A stretch of 64,000 nucleotides of DNA from an uncultured Gammaproteobacteria bacterium. Lineage in GTDB: Bacteria; Pseudomonadota; Gammaproteobacteria; Eutrophobiales; Eutrophobiaceae. Shown piece after piece: positions 54,011 to 63,928 of this stretch (position 1 is its first letter; every line of letters starts with the position of its first letter). Position numbers and translations under genes: made by a program. The notes under the pieces are model-generated. The model was not told where the DNA came from. It ran no database searches and saw nothing but the letters and a program-made list of their open reading frames with translations. The stretch lies in NCBI GenBank assembly GCA_943788005.1, contig CALSOP010000002.1:338573-402572 (forward strand), written 5' to 3'.

Positions 54011-56995
54011 TCACACCTTCTTTATATCGATGACATTATTTGTCCTGTCTAATAGCTCGGCAAAGGCTATTGGTTTGCCGATACCGAATCCCTGACCATA
54101 ATCTATACCGATCTCTCTAACCATACCTTTAATCTCATCATTCTCTACAAATTCGGCAATCGTCTTCATATTCATTACGTGGCCAATTTCATTTATCGAC
54201 TTTACCATCGCATGGTCAATTGAATCTGTTACGATATTTTTGACAAACATGCCATCGATCTTTAAATAATCGACCGGTAGATTTTTCAAGTAACCAAACG
54301 AAGATAGCCCACTACCAAAATCATCAAGAGAAAAACGACAATTTAGTTTTTTTAATTTCGAGATAAATCTGGTTGCAATCCGTAAATTTGAAATAGCAGC
54401 TGTTTCTGTAATCTCAAAACAAATTTTATTCCCTTCAATCTGATATTTATCCAATTGCGATATAATGAAGTCTAAAGTTTCATCTTTAGATAAAGAATGA
54501 CCTGAAAGGTTGATAGATATAGATTCAACTTGATTTAGAAACACAGGGTGTTCTGCTAATAATTTGAACGCTTTTTCTATCACCCAATTATCTAGCTGAC
54601 TTATTAAATCATAGCGTTCTGCTGCTGCTAAAAATTCATCCGGTGAAAACATTTTACCTTTCTTAGTTTCCATCCTTAGCAACAGTTCATAATGATTTTC
54701 ACCGTTGTGAGCAAGTGGCACTATAGGTTGAGCATAGAGACAAAACCTGTTTTTTTTCCAAAGCCTTTTGTATACGTTCGAACCACTGCATCTCACCATG
54801 ACGCTTAACCAGGTTTTCATCTTTATCATGATAAAGATGAATACGGTTTCGCCCCAGATCTTTTGCTACATAGCAAGCTGCATCGGCTTTCTGCATTAAC
54901 TCTGTCATATTAGGCACGGTCTCATTTATGGAGACCAGACCAATGCTGACACCGATCTTAAATGAATGCTCTTGCCATCTGAATTGAAACTCTTGAACTA
55001 CGTTCTGTAATGATTCTGCTAGCCGTAACGCATTCTTCAACGAGCAATGTTCCATCAGCACCCCAAATTCATCTCCGCCCAAACGCGCCATAGTATCTCG
55101 TTTTCTGACCGCAGTTTGTAACAACGAACTAAGTTGAAGCAATAATTCGTCACCTGCCTGATGACCACAAGTATCATTCACTACTTTAAACTGGTCCAGA
55201 TCCATAAAACATAATGCGTGCTCATGTTCACCAGGTTCGACTGTTGAAAGTAATCGCGTTACACGCCGTTCAAATTCCTGACGATTCACAAGCCCTGTTA
55301 GAAAATCGTGAGATGCCTGATAACTAATCTTTTCAGCTAGTTCATATTCAAAAGTAGTATCTTCCTGAATGCTGATATAGTTTATTATTTTACCTGCACT
55401 ATTCTTAACGCCACTAATAGAAACACGATCCCAATAATGGCTGCCATCTTTTCTTTTATTACGCAATTCTCCTTTCCATTCTCCTCCTGAACTGATTTTC
55501 TGCCACATATCAAGATAAACAGCGCGTGGTGTTTCACCCGATTTAATAAGACTTGGATTTTCACCTGTCACTTCGTCTATTGAATAGCCCGTTATTTCTG
55601 TAAATTTCGGATTGACATACTCGATATTCCCATTGGGATCAGTAATAACCACTGCTGAAGCGCTGGACTCTATAGCACGCGAAAGTACCACGAGCTGTTC
55701 CTCTGCTTTTTTACGCTCTGTTACATCAACCATAAAATTGACCACACGAGCCGTATTATCCAAATAGCCTTTTATATACTGACTGGAACTCTCTAACCAA
55801 ATGTAATTATCCTCTTTTGTTTTTATCCGATACTGATAACGCGCACCAATATTATTTGCAATCAATTGCTCCATTGTTTCTTCATATAGAGCTTTATCCT
55901 GCGGGTGAATTAACTCAATCCAATTTGATATATCACCCAGCATCTCATCCTTTGAAAAGCCTATGAGTGCGGTAAACGCAGGATTGATACTAATGATATT
56001 GTTATCATCATTAACAAATATTGCTTCACTGCCACTCTGGAAAACTGCCGAGGCTATTTCTCTCTCTGTAATATCAGTATGCGTACCAACCATACGTAAG
56101 GCTTTGCCTTGTTTATCACGACTAACAACCTTGCCACGTGTCAACACCCTTGAATGCACACCATTACTATTGACGATACGATGTTCATTCATAAACATTT
56201 CTGTTTTACCATCAAGATGAGCTTGTAGTTCTGCTTTTGCACGAACGATATCATCGGGTAAAATACTAGCCGTCCCTTTTTTATCTGTTCCGGTAAGATT
56301 CAGGATTGAATCAATGCCATCAGACACATAGATTTCGTCATTTACGATATCCCAATCCCATATACCATCATTATTGCCTTCCAGAATAACTTTCCAACGT
56401 TCCTCACTGGCAAGCAAATCAGCTTCCGCCTGCTTACGTAAATTTTTCTCTCTCATTAACTCCATAGTTCGAGTAGAGAGACTGTCATACATGGAGAGTA
56501 CGGTCTTAATCAAAACCTGCATTGAACCGCTCATTTCCTGATCGGCTTGTATTTTCGCCTCTTCCATATTTTTACCGGATTCAAGTGCGAGTACGACTTT
56601 GGCCATACGTTTGTCGCTATCAAGAATATGAAATGCGAGCCATTGCGTTAGAAATGAGAGTAATTCCTGAACTAGGATCTCTAAAGGTTTATTTTTTCCT
56701 CATTTTTTAGAAAGGAAATTTTTTCTAAAAATGCGTGGTGGGTAAGTTCATGTTTAGTAAGCCATTCATCGTCCTTGAAATGTACGTCCCAGAGACCTTC
56801 TTCAGTCTTGAAGTGATAATCAGCATAACTTGTCAGTTCATTAAAAACTTTATCCAGCTTGATGGGGCTTGAATGATTGGCAACATGCACAGCCAGTTCA
56901 TTTAAAATTCGAACTAGTTCTATATGTTGTTCATCTACAATTGAAATTCCAGTTTCAAAATTATCATTCCATGGGAAAATCTCAAAATGATCCAT
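54011..56995 (-). pseudogene. Bacteriohemerythrin-PAS-GGDEF-EAL protein (~994 aa) split by two A-tract frameshifts
   Basis: ORFs 56681-56995 (hemerythrin), 54699-56606 (PAS domains, RLGGDEF) and 54011-54829 (YELLLRM, FEITET, LDDFGSG, KIDG) join at T6 56692-56697 and T8 54750-54757. Confidence 0.85.
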
Positions 56996-57165
56996 ATGAC
57001 AAATTTCTCTTTTATATTTAATTTAGTGGTGCAAGATGAACGCAGTTTGATTAATCAATTCAAACTTTTCACCGCTTAATAGGATAGAACGGCAAAACAG
57101 GGCGAATCCATCTAATATAATTATAGTAAGGTTCTGTGAGCACCATCTAAAACAATCGAACTCTA

Positions 57166-57179
57166 TTGATTTAAATCAA
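57166..57179. promoter_or_regulatory. FNR/Anr-type binding site
   Basis: Exact TTGAT-N4-ATCAA (TTGATTTAAATCAA) in the divergent intergenic region. Confidence 0.7.
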
Positions 57180-57455
57180 TAATATTCCGATACTAGTCAA
57201 GTTGACCTAGACAATATAATAGATTCTGGCAATGTATTTATGATTGATTCCTGGATAAAAAGCCACTAATCAAAAGATTTTACTGTTGGAGAAAAACTTT
57301 CTTTTTGACGGCAAATCGACTTATCAATCATACTGTTCAGGCCATTGGCGAATAAGCGACTTACGAACACTATGAACTTTTATAGTAAACTATTTCATCA
57401 TAATCTATATCAATGACTAGATTATTAATTTAAGTAACATAACTTGGAGACTTTT

Positions 57456-57902
57456 ATGGCTGTATCAAAGAAAACAATTATTAAAAATGCTGCTTTAGCT
57501 AAAGTGATCGATAGCTCACTCACAAACCTTGAGGCAGCTACTACAAACGGTGCTAAAGCATTAGTTCTTGCTACAAAAAATAGTAAGCAATCATCGGCTG
57601 AAGGCAAGCGCCTGAGTAAAAAACGCATGACACTGATTAAACGTCGTAAAACTGCCGCGGCAAAAGTAAAAAAAGATCCGATTGCAGCGAACAAGAAAGC
57701 TTTGAGTGCTGTTGACAAAGAGTTAACCGCTATTAGAAAAGCAGCCGCTAAAAACAAAACAGTTAAAGCAGCCAACTTTGAAGAATTATCTGGCTTACGT
57801 GTTAGTTGTCGTCGATTGTCTGCGTATAGCAAAGCAATTGCTGCAGCAGACAGAGTTTTGAACAAATCAAAGAAAAAAACCAGAAGACGTAAAGCAGCAT
57901 AA
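57456..57902 (+). CDS. Highly basic Lys/Ala-rich protein, putative nucleic-acid-binding
   Basis: 148 aa, about 40 K+R versus about 9 D+E by hand count; GGAG SD 6 nt before ATG; downstream hairpin. Confidence 0.75.
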   Translation: MAVSKKTIIKNAALAKVIDSSLTNLEAATTNGAKALVLATKNSKQSSAEGKRLSKKRMTLIKRRKTAAAKVKKDPIAANKKALSAVDKELTAIRKAAAKNKTVKAANFEELSGLRVSCRRLSAYSKAIAAADRVLNKSKKKTRRRKAA

Positions 57903-57914
57903 TTTTAAATTATA

Positions 57915-57956
57915 ATATCTAGCCAACCGCTCACTAGCAGGGCGTTGGTTAGATAT
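57915..57956 (+). terminator. Stem-loop after the basic protein gene
   Basis: ATATCTAGCCAAC...GTTGGTTAGATAT, 13-bp stem with one G-U pair. Confidence 0.5.
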
Positions 57957-58056
57957 AAAACAACCAATTAAGCTTATAAAGTATTATACTTTACTAATGT
58001 AAAACTATATTTATAACACTGTCTTATTTGATGAAAATTGAACGGCGAAGAATGAC

Positions 58057-60123
58057 TTGAGTCAACATCCTCAACTAGACTACTTCTTAGAAAGCCTGTT
58101 TAAAGAACAGGGTGCAGAGGGTGTGGTCGAGTCTTTATCATTTCTATTTGGCTCCTTTGTGATAACGAAAGATGGTGTCGTCATAGGTGCAAACCAAGAT
58201 TTCATCAGTTTAATAGAGTATGACCTTGCAGAGCTTATAGGTATGGACGCAATGGATTTAATAACTCCAGATGAACGTCCTTACTTGGAGAGCCGGTTTG
58301 TTACGAACTCGACTGATCGGTATGAATTAAAACTCCTAACAAAATCAAACAAAATAAAATATACGATTGTTTCACCAAAAATATTTTTGGTGAATGATGA
58401 TAAGTATAGACTGGCTGAATTTATTGATATCTCCGAACAAAAGCAGGCATTGGCCAATCTGCAGAATCAAGAAGGAAAATATAGATCGGTTTTTGATTTC
58501 GCAGATATTGGCATTGCCCGGGTTGATCTCGGTGGTTCTTGGCTTGAATGTAATAAAAAACTTTGTGATATCGTCGGCTACAGTAAAGAAGAATTGCTGC
58601 AGCTAAGCTTTCAAGATATTACTCATCCCGATGATTTAGCTATGGACCTTACGCACGTTAGAGAATTGCTCGCCAATGAACGTAAAACCTATGCCATGGA
58701 AAAACGGTATATTCATAAAAGTGGGTATCCTATCTGGATAAACCTTACCGTTTCCCTTGTAAGGGACTCGAATAGGGAGCCAATGTATTTCATATCTTTT
58801 ATTGAAGACATTAGTGAAATAAAAATAACCAGGGATAAATTACGCTTCTCAAAAGAAATTGTCTCGGTCACAACCGATATGCTGGCAGAAGTCGACGATA
58901 ATTTTGTCTATCTTGCGGTTAATAAAAGTTATCTTGCTGCATTTGGTTTATCGGAAGCAGAGATCCTAGGCAAAACAATTCTTGAAGTGTTTGGAGAAGA
59001 TTTTTATAACACTACCATCAAAGTAAACGCTGAGAAAACCAAGTTAGGAGAAACGGTTCGCTATCAAGACTGGTTCAAATTTCCCGCCACGGGCTTAAAA
59101 TTTATGGATATCACTTACACACCCGTTGTTGATACCGATAATTATAAAGGTTTTGTTGTCAGTGCCAGAGATATTACCGCACTAAAAAAAGCGCAAGACG
59201 TGATAATCAAAAATGAAGAAAAGTTTCGATCTATGTTCGAGTCACTTCCATTGGCAATTTACGTATCAAAGGGTATTGACCAGGTCGCTGAATTTATTAA
59301 TTCAACATTTACTAAAATGTTTGGTTATACCATTGATGATGTACCAACGGTTAATGATTGGTTTCTTAAGGCATACCCTGATGACGATTATCGTCAGGAA
59401 CTTGCAGAAGGGTGGCAACTCGAAGTCGAAGAAGCGATCAAATTAAAATCATCCATTAAACAGATAGAAACTTATGTGACATGTAAAGATGGAACAGAGA
59501 AGTATATCCGCTGGGGATACATTTGCCTTGAAGAAGCAAACTATGCTTTTGGTCTTGACATCACTTTACAAAAGGTTGCAGAAATTAAATTATTGAATGA
59601 AAACGAAAAACTGGAGCACTTATCAGCTTTTGATGGTTTGACAGACATTACTAACAGAAGAATGTTTGATTTAAACCTGAAAAAAGAATGGCTGCGTGCC
59701 CAACGTAACGCTTCTTCGTTATCACTTATAATGATCGATATCGACTTCTTTAAAGCTTACAACGACAATTACGGTCATATTAAGGGAGATGAGTGTTTAA
59801 AATTAATTGCGGAAACGCTTGATAAAATAGCAACACGCAGTGTTGATATGGTAGCCCGATTTGGTGGCGAGGAATTTGCAATACTGCTTCCCGATACAGA
59901 TTTACAGCAATGTCGCAAAATTGCTGAAAACTGTTGTAGTGCAATTTTCAAACTGCAAATACCTCATGAATACTCTTCTGTAAGTAATGTAGTGACTATT
60001 AGTCTTGGTGTCAGTTCATCAAGGCCAAAAAAAGGTGTCGATTCACTATCCCTAATTAAATCTGCTGACAAGTTACTATATCAAGCAAAAAATAATGGAC
60101 GGAATCGAGTAGAATATCACTGA
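58057..60123 (+). CDS. Multi-PAS diguanylate cyclase
   Basis: About four PAS/PAC units (e.g. FQDITHPDD, MEKRYIHKSG), DGLTDITNRR, RSVD I-site, RFGGEEF; TTG start. Confidence 0.92.
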   Translation: MSQHPQLDYFLESLFKEQGAEGVVESLSFLFGSFVITKDGVVIGANQDFISLIEYDLAELIGMDAMDLITPDERPYLESRFVTNSTDRYELKLLTKSNKIKYTIVSPKIFLVNDDKYRLAEFIDISEQKQALANLQNQEGKYRSVFDFADIGIARVDLGGSWLECNKKLCDIVGYSKEELLQLSFQDITHPDDLAMDLTHVRELLANERKTYAMEKRYIHKSGYPIWINLTVSLVRDSNREPMYFISFIEDISEIKITRDKLRFSKEIVSVTTDMLAEVDDNFVYLAVNKSYLAAFGLSEAEILGKTILEVFGEDFYNTTIKVNAEKTKLGETVRYQDWFKFPATGLKFMDITYTPVVDTDNYKGFVVSARDITALKKAQDVIIKNEEKFRSMFESLPLAIYVSKGIDQVAEFINSTFTKMFGYTIDDVPTVNDWFLKAYPDDDYRQELAEGWQLEVEEAIKLKSSIKQIETYVTCKDGTEKYIRWGYICLEEANYAFGLDITLQKVAEIKLLNENEKLEHLSAFDGLTDITNRRMFDLNLKKEWLRAQRNASSLSLIMIDIDFFKAYNDNYGHIKGDECLKLIAETLDKIATRSVDMVARFGGEEFAILLPDTDLQQCRKIAENCCSAIFKLQIPHEYSSVSNVVTISLGVSSSRPKKGVDSLSLIKSADKLLYQAKNNGRNRVEYH

Positions 60124-60232
60124 TGAACAAAGCATCTGCGTACAATCAAAACGTGAAAAATAGCTACATTTTAAAACTTTATTTCAACATAACAAACATT
60201 GATAAAACTATACACTAGATTAACTTATTATT

Positions 60233-60997
60233 ATGAACTTGATTAAGCCTACAAAATTAAAGTATCTAATCCTAATATTACTTTTTGTTTCAATGAATAG
60301 TTTTTCTTTTGAGCAAAAAGATTTTGTGGCCGATATAACGCATGCTAAAGAAATGTTCGATAAAGGGGAACACGATGCAGCGATAAAATATTGGGAGAGC
60401 AAACATTCCTCTTATGGCGGTCAGCAAGGACACTACGAACTTGAATTAGGCACTTTTTATAGTCGCATGAAAGCCTTTGATAAAGCTGAGAAAACTTATT
60501 TAGAGGGCATAAATCTAGGGGGTAAATACCCGCGGTTAAATGTTAGTCTTTCGTACATCTATCTTTGGACTGGCAGGTTTGAGCAAGCATCGACACTCTT
60601 AGATAAAACTATAAAGGAATATCCAGATTGGTGGTCAGGCTACTACACGAAGGCACACCATGAATTCCTGACAGAAAATTATGAGGCTGCTAAATATTCC
60701 GCAGAACAATCATTATCTATAACTGAGACTGCCCGTGGTTTTATCCTGTTGGCACGAGCTTCTTTTGAGCTGAATGATACAAGATCTGTTATCAGTGCCG
60801 TTGAAGAAGCTATCAATATTGAACCAAATTTCCTTGCTGATTTAACCGCTATGAAAATATACGCTGTGTCATTGGCAACGGAGGGACTGAACCAAGAAGC
60901 AATTGCTGTTGTTGAAGAAATAAAAAAGAATAATGAAAAAGCAGCCGAAGATGAAGAGCTTGAAAAATTATTAATTGAGCTTGAAAAGAAAAAATAA
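60233..60997 (+). CDS. Exported tetratricopeptide-repeat protein
   Basis: Signal peptide followed by TPR-like helices (FDKAEKTYLEGI, FEQASTLLDKTI, YEAAKYSAEQSL). Confidence 0.75.
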   Translation: MNLIKPTKLKYLILILLFVSMNSFSFEQKDFVADITHAKEMFDKGEHDAAIKYWESKHSSYGGQQGHYELELGTFYSRMKAFDKAEKTYLEGINLGGKYPRLNVSLSYIYLWTGRFEQASTLLDKTIKEYPDWWSGYYTKAHHEFLTENYEAAKYSAEQSLSITETARGFILLARASFELNDTRSVISAVEEAINIEPNFLADLTAMKIYAVSLATEGLNQEAIAVVEEIKKNNEKAAEDEELEKLLIELEKKK

Positions 60998-61073
60998 AGA
61001 CAGCTACTTTCTATTACTGATTTGCAGAATCTTGGTTTAAAAGTCTATTGGATTATTAAATTTTCAATCTGTA

Positions 61074-62180
61074 TCAACTTGCTGTTCTTACACAATTTTT
61101 TCCGTCACGTTTAGCAGCATAAACACCATCATCTGCCACTTTAATCAAGTCTTCACTGTTTTTCATGTCAGCAGTGCGGGTAGCTACTCCGACACTGATA
61201 CTGCCATTCCATGCACCATCACCTGTGGGAACAGATAATTCGGATACTGTTTTACGAAGATGTTCCGCAAGGTACAAGCCACCTTCTTTATCCGTATTAG
61301 GACAAACAACAAAAAATTCATCGCCACCTAATCGGCACGCAATGTCATCACTACGTACTGCATGCTGAATCGTTTTTGCTAATTCACAAAGAACTACATC
61401 ACCCGCATCATGACCATAGGTATCGTTCACTTCTTTAAAATGATCAGCATCAATCATCATACAAGTAAGCGGGGAATTCTCCTTCATTGATTCCTCCCAT
61501 AAAAGTGAGAGCTGTCGTAAAGCATGACGTCGATTGGGAAGGCCTGTCAGTACATCAGTTAATGATATTTCTTCCAGATGGCGATTCGCCTCAGAAAGCG
61601 CTTTTGTACGGTCAGCAACTTTTGCTTCAAGTGTCTGGTTTAATTCTACTAATTCCTTATTTCGCGTTGAAACCTGTTCAAATAAACCATTAAGCGCGAC
61701 AAGCAGTGGTTCAGTTGAGTTATCTGCCTCTCGTTCTTCCTTCTCGTATGCTTCACCTGGACTGAGACCTGAATTAATAGCTTTTATTTGTCTTGCCATG
61801 TTCTGATCTGTACCAATGATATGATAAACAAGCCAATGAGTAAGAAATTCTAATAAGTGCCGTGCCGAATCAGGATTGTCCGGAGAGACATCTGCATGCA
61901 TGGATGTTACTTCATTTAGAAAATCATGATGTTTATCAAGATGAATCTTATAGTGTCGTGGATCTATGCCAACTCGACACATCAACCCTTCCTCTTCATC
62001 AAAATGATACTGGGCATAGTCTGCCAATTCCTTAAATACACCCTCAATATGATCAAGCACAAGTTCGTTTGCAGCCAGCATCTCACCAAACTGGTTAATC
62101 AAATCCACAAGGTGGTGATGTTCTTGATCTACTTCTGACAAGCCAGTTATAAAACTATCGTCCCAATGAAATGATTCCAT
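61074..62180 (-). CDS. Bacteriohemerythrin-GGDEF diguanylate cyclase
   Basis: Diiron ligands DQEH, HFDEE, HLDKH, HIIGTD; coiled coil; RSDD I-site and RLGGDEF. Confidence 0.93.
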   Translation of the reverse strand: MESFHWDDSFITGLSEVDQEHHHLVDLINQFGEMLAANELVLDHIEGVFKELADYAQYHFDEEEGLMCRVGIDPRHYKIHLDKHHDFLNEVTSMHADVSPDNPDSARHLLEFLTHWLVYHIIGTDQNMARQIKAINSGLSPGEAYEKEEREADNSTEPLLVALNGLFEQVSTRNKELVELNQTLEAKVADRTKALSEANRHLEEISLTDVLTGLPNRRHALRQLSLLWEESMKENSPLTCMMIDADHFKEVNDTYGHDAGDVVLCELAKTIQHAVRSDDIACRLGGDEFFVVCPNTDKEGGLYLAEHLRKTVSELSVPTGDGAWNGSISVGVATRTADMKNSEDLIKVADDGVYAAKRDGKNCVRTAS

Positions 62181-62259
62181 AGTAAATATGATCTATCTAA
62201 TTTTTATAACCATTCTAAAAACACCTTAACCCATACTGATGAATGCACTTTAAATAATA

Positions 62260-62841
62260 TTAGTCTATTTTTTGCATAAATGCTCGTCGTTCATCGGGCG
62301 ACATATCTCTTAACTTCTGACGCAGATCTTTACGCTCTGCTTCTGACAAGTTTTGCATATGCTCTTTCATTTTTCGACGCATCTGTTGCGACTTGTTTTT
62401 TTTCTTTTCCCGAAAAGCCTTGCGCTCTTCTGGCGTCATGTTATTGAATTTCTCCCGTAAAACCTTACGTTCTGCTTCCGGTAGTTTTTTAAACCACGCT
62501 TTGCGTTTTTTTATCCGTTCCTGCTGTTCTGGGCTTAAATCGTTAAACTTTTGATGTCGCTCCCGTATCTTTGCTTTTTGATCAGCATCCATAGCCTGCC
62601 ATCGTTGCATACGTTGCTTGGCTTTTGCTTTTTGTTCATTCGACATCTGACCCCAACGACTCGCACCTTTCTGCATACGTTGTTGTCGCTTCGCGGGTAA
62701 TTGTTCCCACTGATCCCTGAAATCATTTAACAGTGATTGTTCTTCCGTTGATAATGAATCCCATGACACGCCTTCTTCGGCAAAGACAGCTGCCGAATGT
62801 AATAGACACAGCAGTAGTAATATTAATAATCTATTGTGCAT
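62260..62841 (-). CDS. DUF3106-like exported protein
   Basis: Signal peptide; repeated W/F-xx-L/M-S/P-x-E-Q/E units (WDSLSTEEQ, WGQMSNEQK, FNDLSPEQQ, MTPEER). Confidence 0.8.
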   Translation of the reverse strand: MHNRLLILLLLCLLHSAAVFAEEGVSWDSLSTEEQSLLNDFRDQWEQLPAKRQQRMQKGASRWGQMSNEQKAKAKQRMQRWQAMDADQKAKIRERHQKFNDLSPEQQERIKKRKAWFKKLPEAERKVLREKFNNMTPEERKAFREKKKNKSQQMRRKMKEHMQNLSEAERKDLRQKLRDMSPDERRAFMQKID

Positions 62842-63055
62842 TATCAGTCTCTATTATTGTCTCTATAAGTTTCCCGATATCGTCATTGTCCAAGTCATCC
62901 GGGTCAATCCAATCATCTTTATCCGTCTCCCACTCACCCAAATACTCCAGGAATTCCATTGAAGGATAGCTGTCACTATTATTTTGCTCATTGGCAAAAG
63001 AGGATGGTGTTGAGAAAATCAATATCCATAAACATATACTAGCTCTGTAAAACAT
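62831..63055 (-). CDS. Small acidic exported protein
   Basis: Signal-peptide-like N-terminus, PSMEFLEYLGEWETDKDDWIDP; overlaps both neighbours. Confidence 0.65.
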   Translation of the reverse strand: MFYRASICLWILIFSTPSSFANEQNNSDSYPSMEFLEYLGEWETDKDDWIDPDDLDNDDIGKLIETIIETDNAQ

Positions 63056-63395
63056 CATCTTCGAGCCATTCATAGAATTCCAAATCTTCATATAATTCAA
63101 GACTCTCAGAAGATGAAATCAGGTCTAAATCATCCAACGGAACAGCATAATTAGATATTGGGGATTTCAACAGTATCATGATTGCAAAAACCATAACGCA
63201 TGCTGTTGCCAATGCACCTGTCATAATAACTGACCAATTGCTCTGCTGGGTTACGGTTTTATCTATTGCCTTATCGATGGCTTGGGCACGAATTTGTCGA
63301 ATTCTAGATAAGGTATTGCCATCAAGAGACTCAACACTGTCTTTCAGTGTTTGCTTGATGTTCTGTGTTAATTTGTCTTCGTTATCTTGATTCAT
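63039..63395 (-). CDS. DUF3619-like single-TM protein, putative anti-sigma factor
   Basis: ESLDGNTLSRIRQIRAQAI, one TM, acidic tail LELYEDLEFYEWL; TGATG coupling to the sigma gene. Confidence 0.75.
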   Translation of the reverse strand: MNQDNEDKLTQNIKQTLKDSVESLDGNTLSRIRQIRAQAIDKAIDKTVTQQSNWSVIMTGALATACVMVFAIMILLKSPISNYAVPLDDLDLISSSESLELYEDLEFYEWLEDDVLQS

Positions 63396-63928
63396 CACCA
63401 ATGCTCATCTAATTTGTCACGTAAATTATGCACCGCACGCGAATAATGCGTTTTTACACTACCCGCTGAACATTTCATCGCTGTCGCTGTTTCTTCTACA
63501 CTATACCCTTCCCATGTTCTTAATAAAAAAGCCTGTTGCTGACGCAATGGTAAATTATGTAATGCTTCATCAAGCTCATCTATACGCCTATCTGCTTGCA
63601 ATAATTGTTCTGGCGTCCTGGCTAATTCATCTTCTGCTTGCTGAATGGGATCCTCATATTCTTCATCTTTGCTACTAAACCAACTACGAAATCGGTTTCT
63701 TACTTGATTAAGTCGGTACCAATCCTTGATCCGACTCTGCAAGATCGTAGTAAATAGTGGCCCCCACTCCTTGGTATCGCGATCAGCATATTTCTCCGCT
63801 AACTTGAACATCGCGTCCTGCAAAATATCCAGCGCTTCATCCTTATTGCCTGTCGCTATCTCTGCCATGCGAAAGGCCCGCTGTTCAACACTGGCAAGAA
63901 ATGCATCAAGTTCACGCTGCGCTTCCAG
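63395..63928 (-). CDS. ECF RNA polymerase sigma factor (probable CTG start)
   Basis: ALDILQDAMFKL, LPLRQQQAFLLR.WEG, CSAGSVKTHYSRA; frame extends 20 codons upstream of ATG 63868 to a CTG with an AAGGGGA SD. Confidence 0.9.
   Translation of the reverse strand: MEAQRELDAFLASVEQRAFRMAEIATGNKDEALDILQDAMFKLAEKYADRDTKEWGPLFTTILQSRIKDWYRLNQVRNRFRSWFSSKDEEYEDPIQQAEDELARTPEQLLQADRRIDELDEALHNLPLRQQQAFLLRTWEGYSVEETATAMKCSAGSVKTHYSRAVHNLRDKLDEHW

Noticed and set aside
57425..57865. 146-aa hydrophobic ORF on the minus strand
   Set aside because: Antisense mirror of the Lys/Ala-rich gene, which has the SD and downstream hairpin
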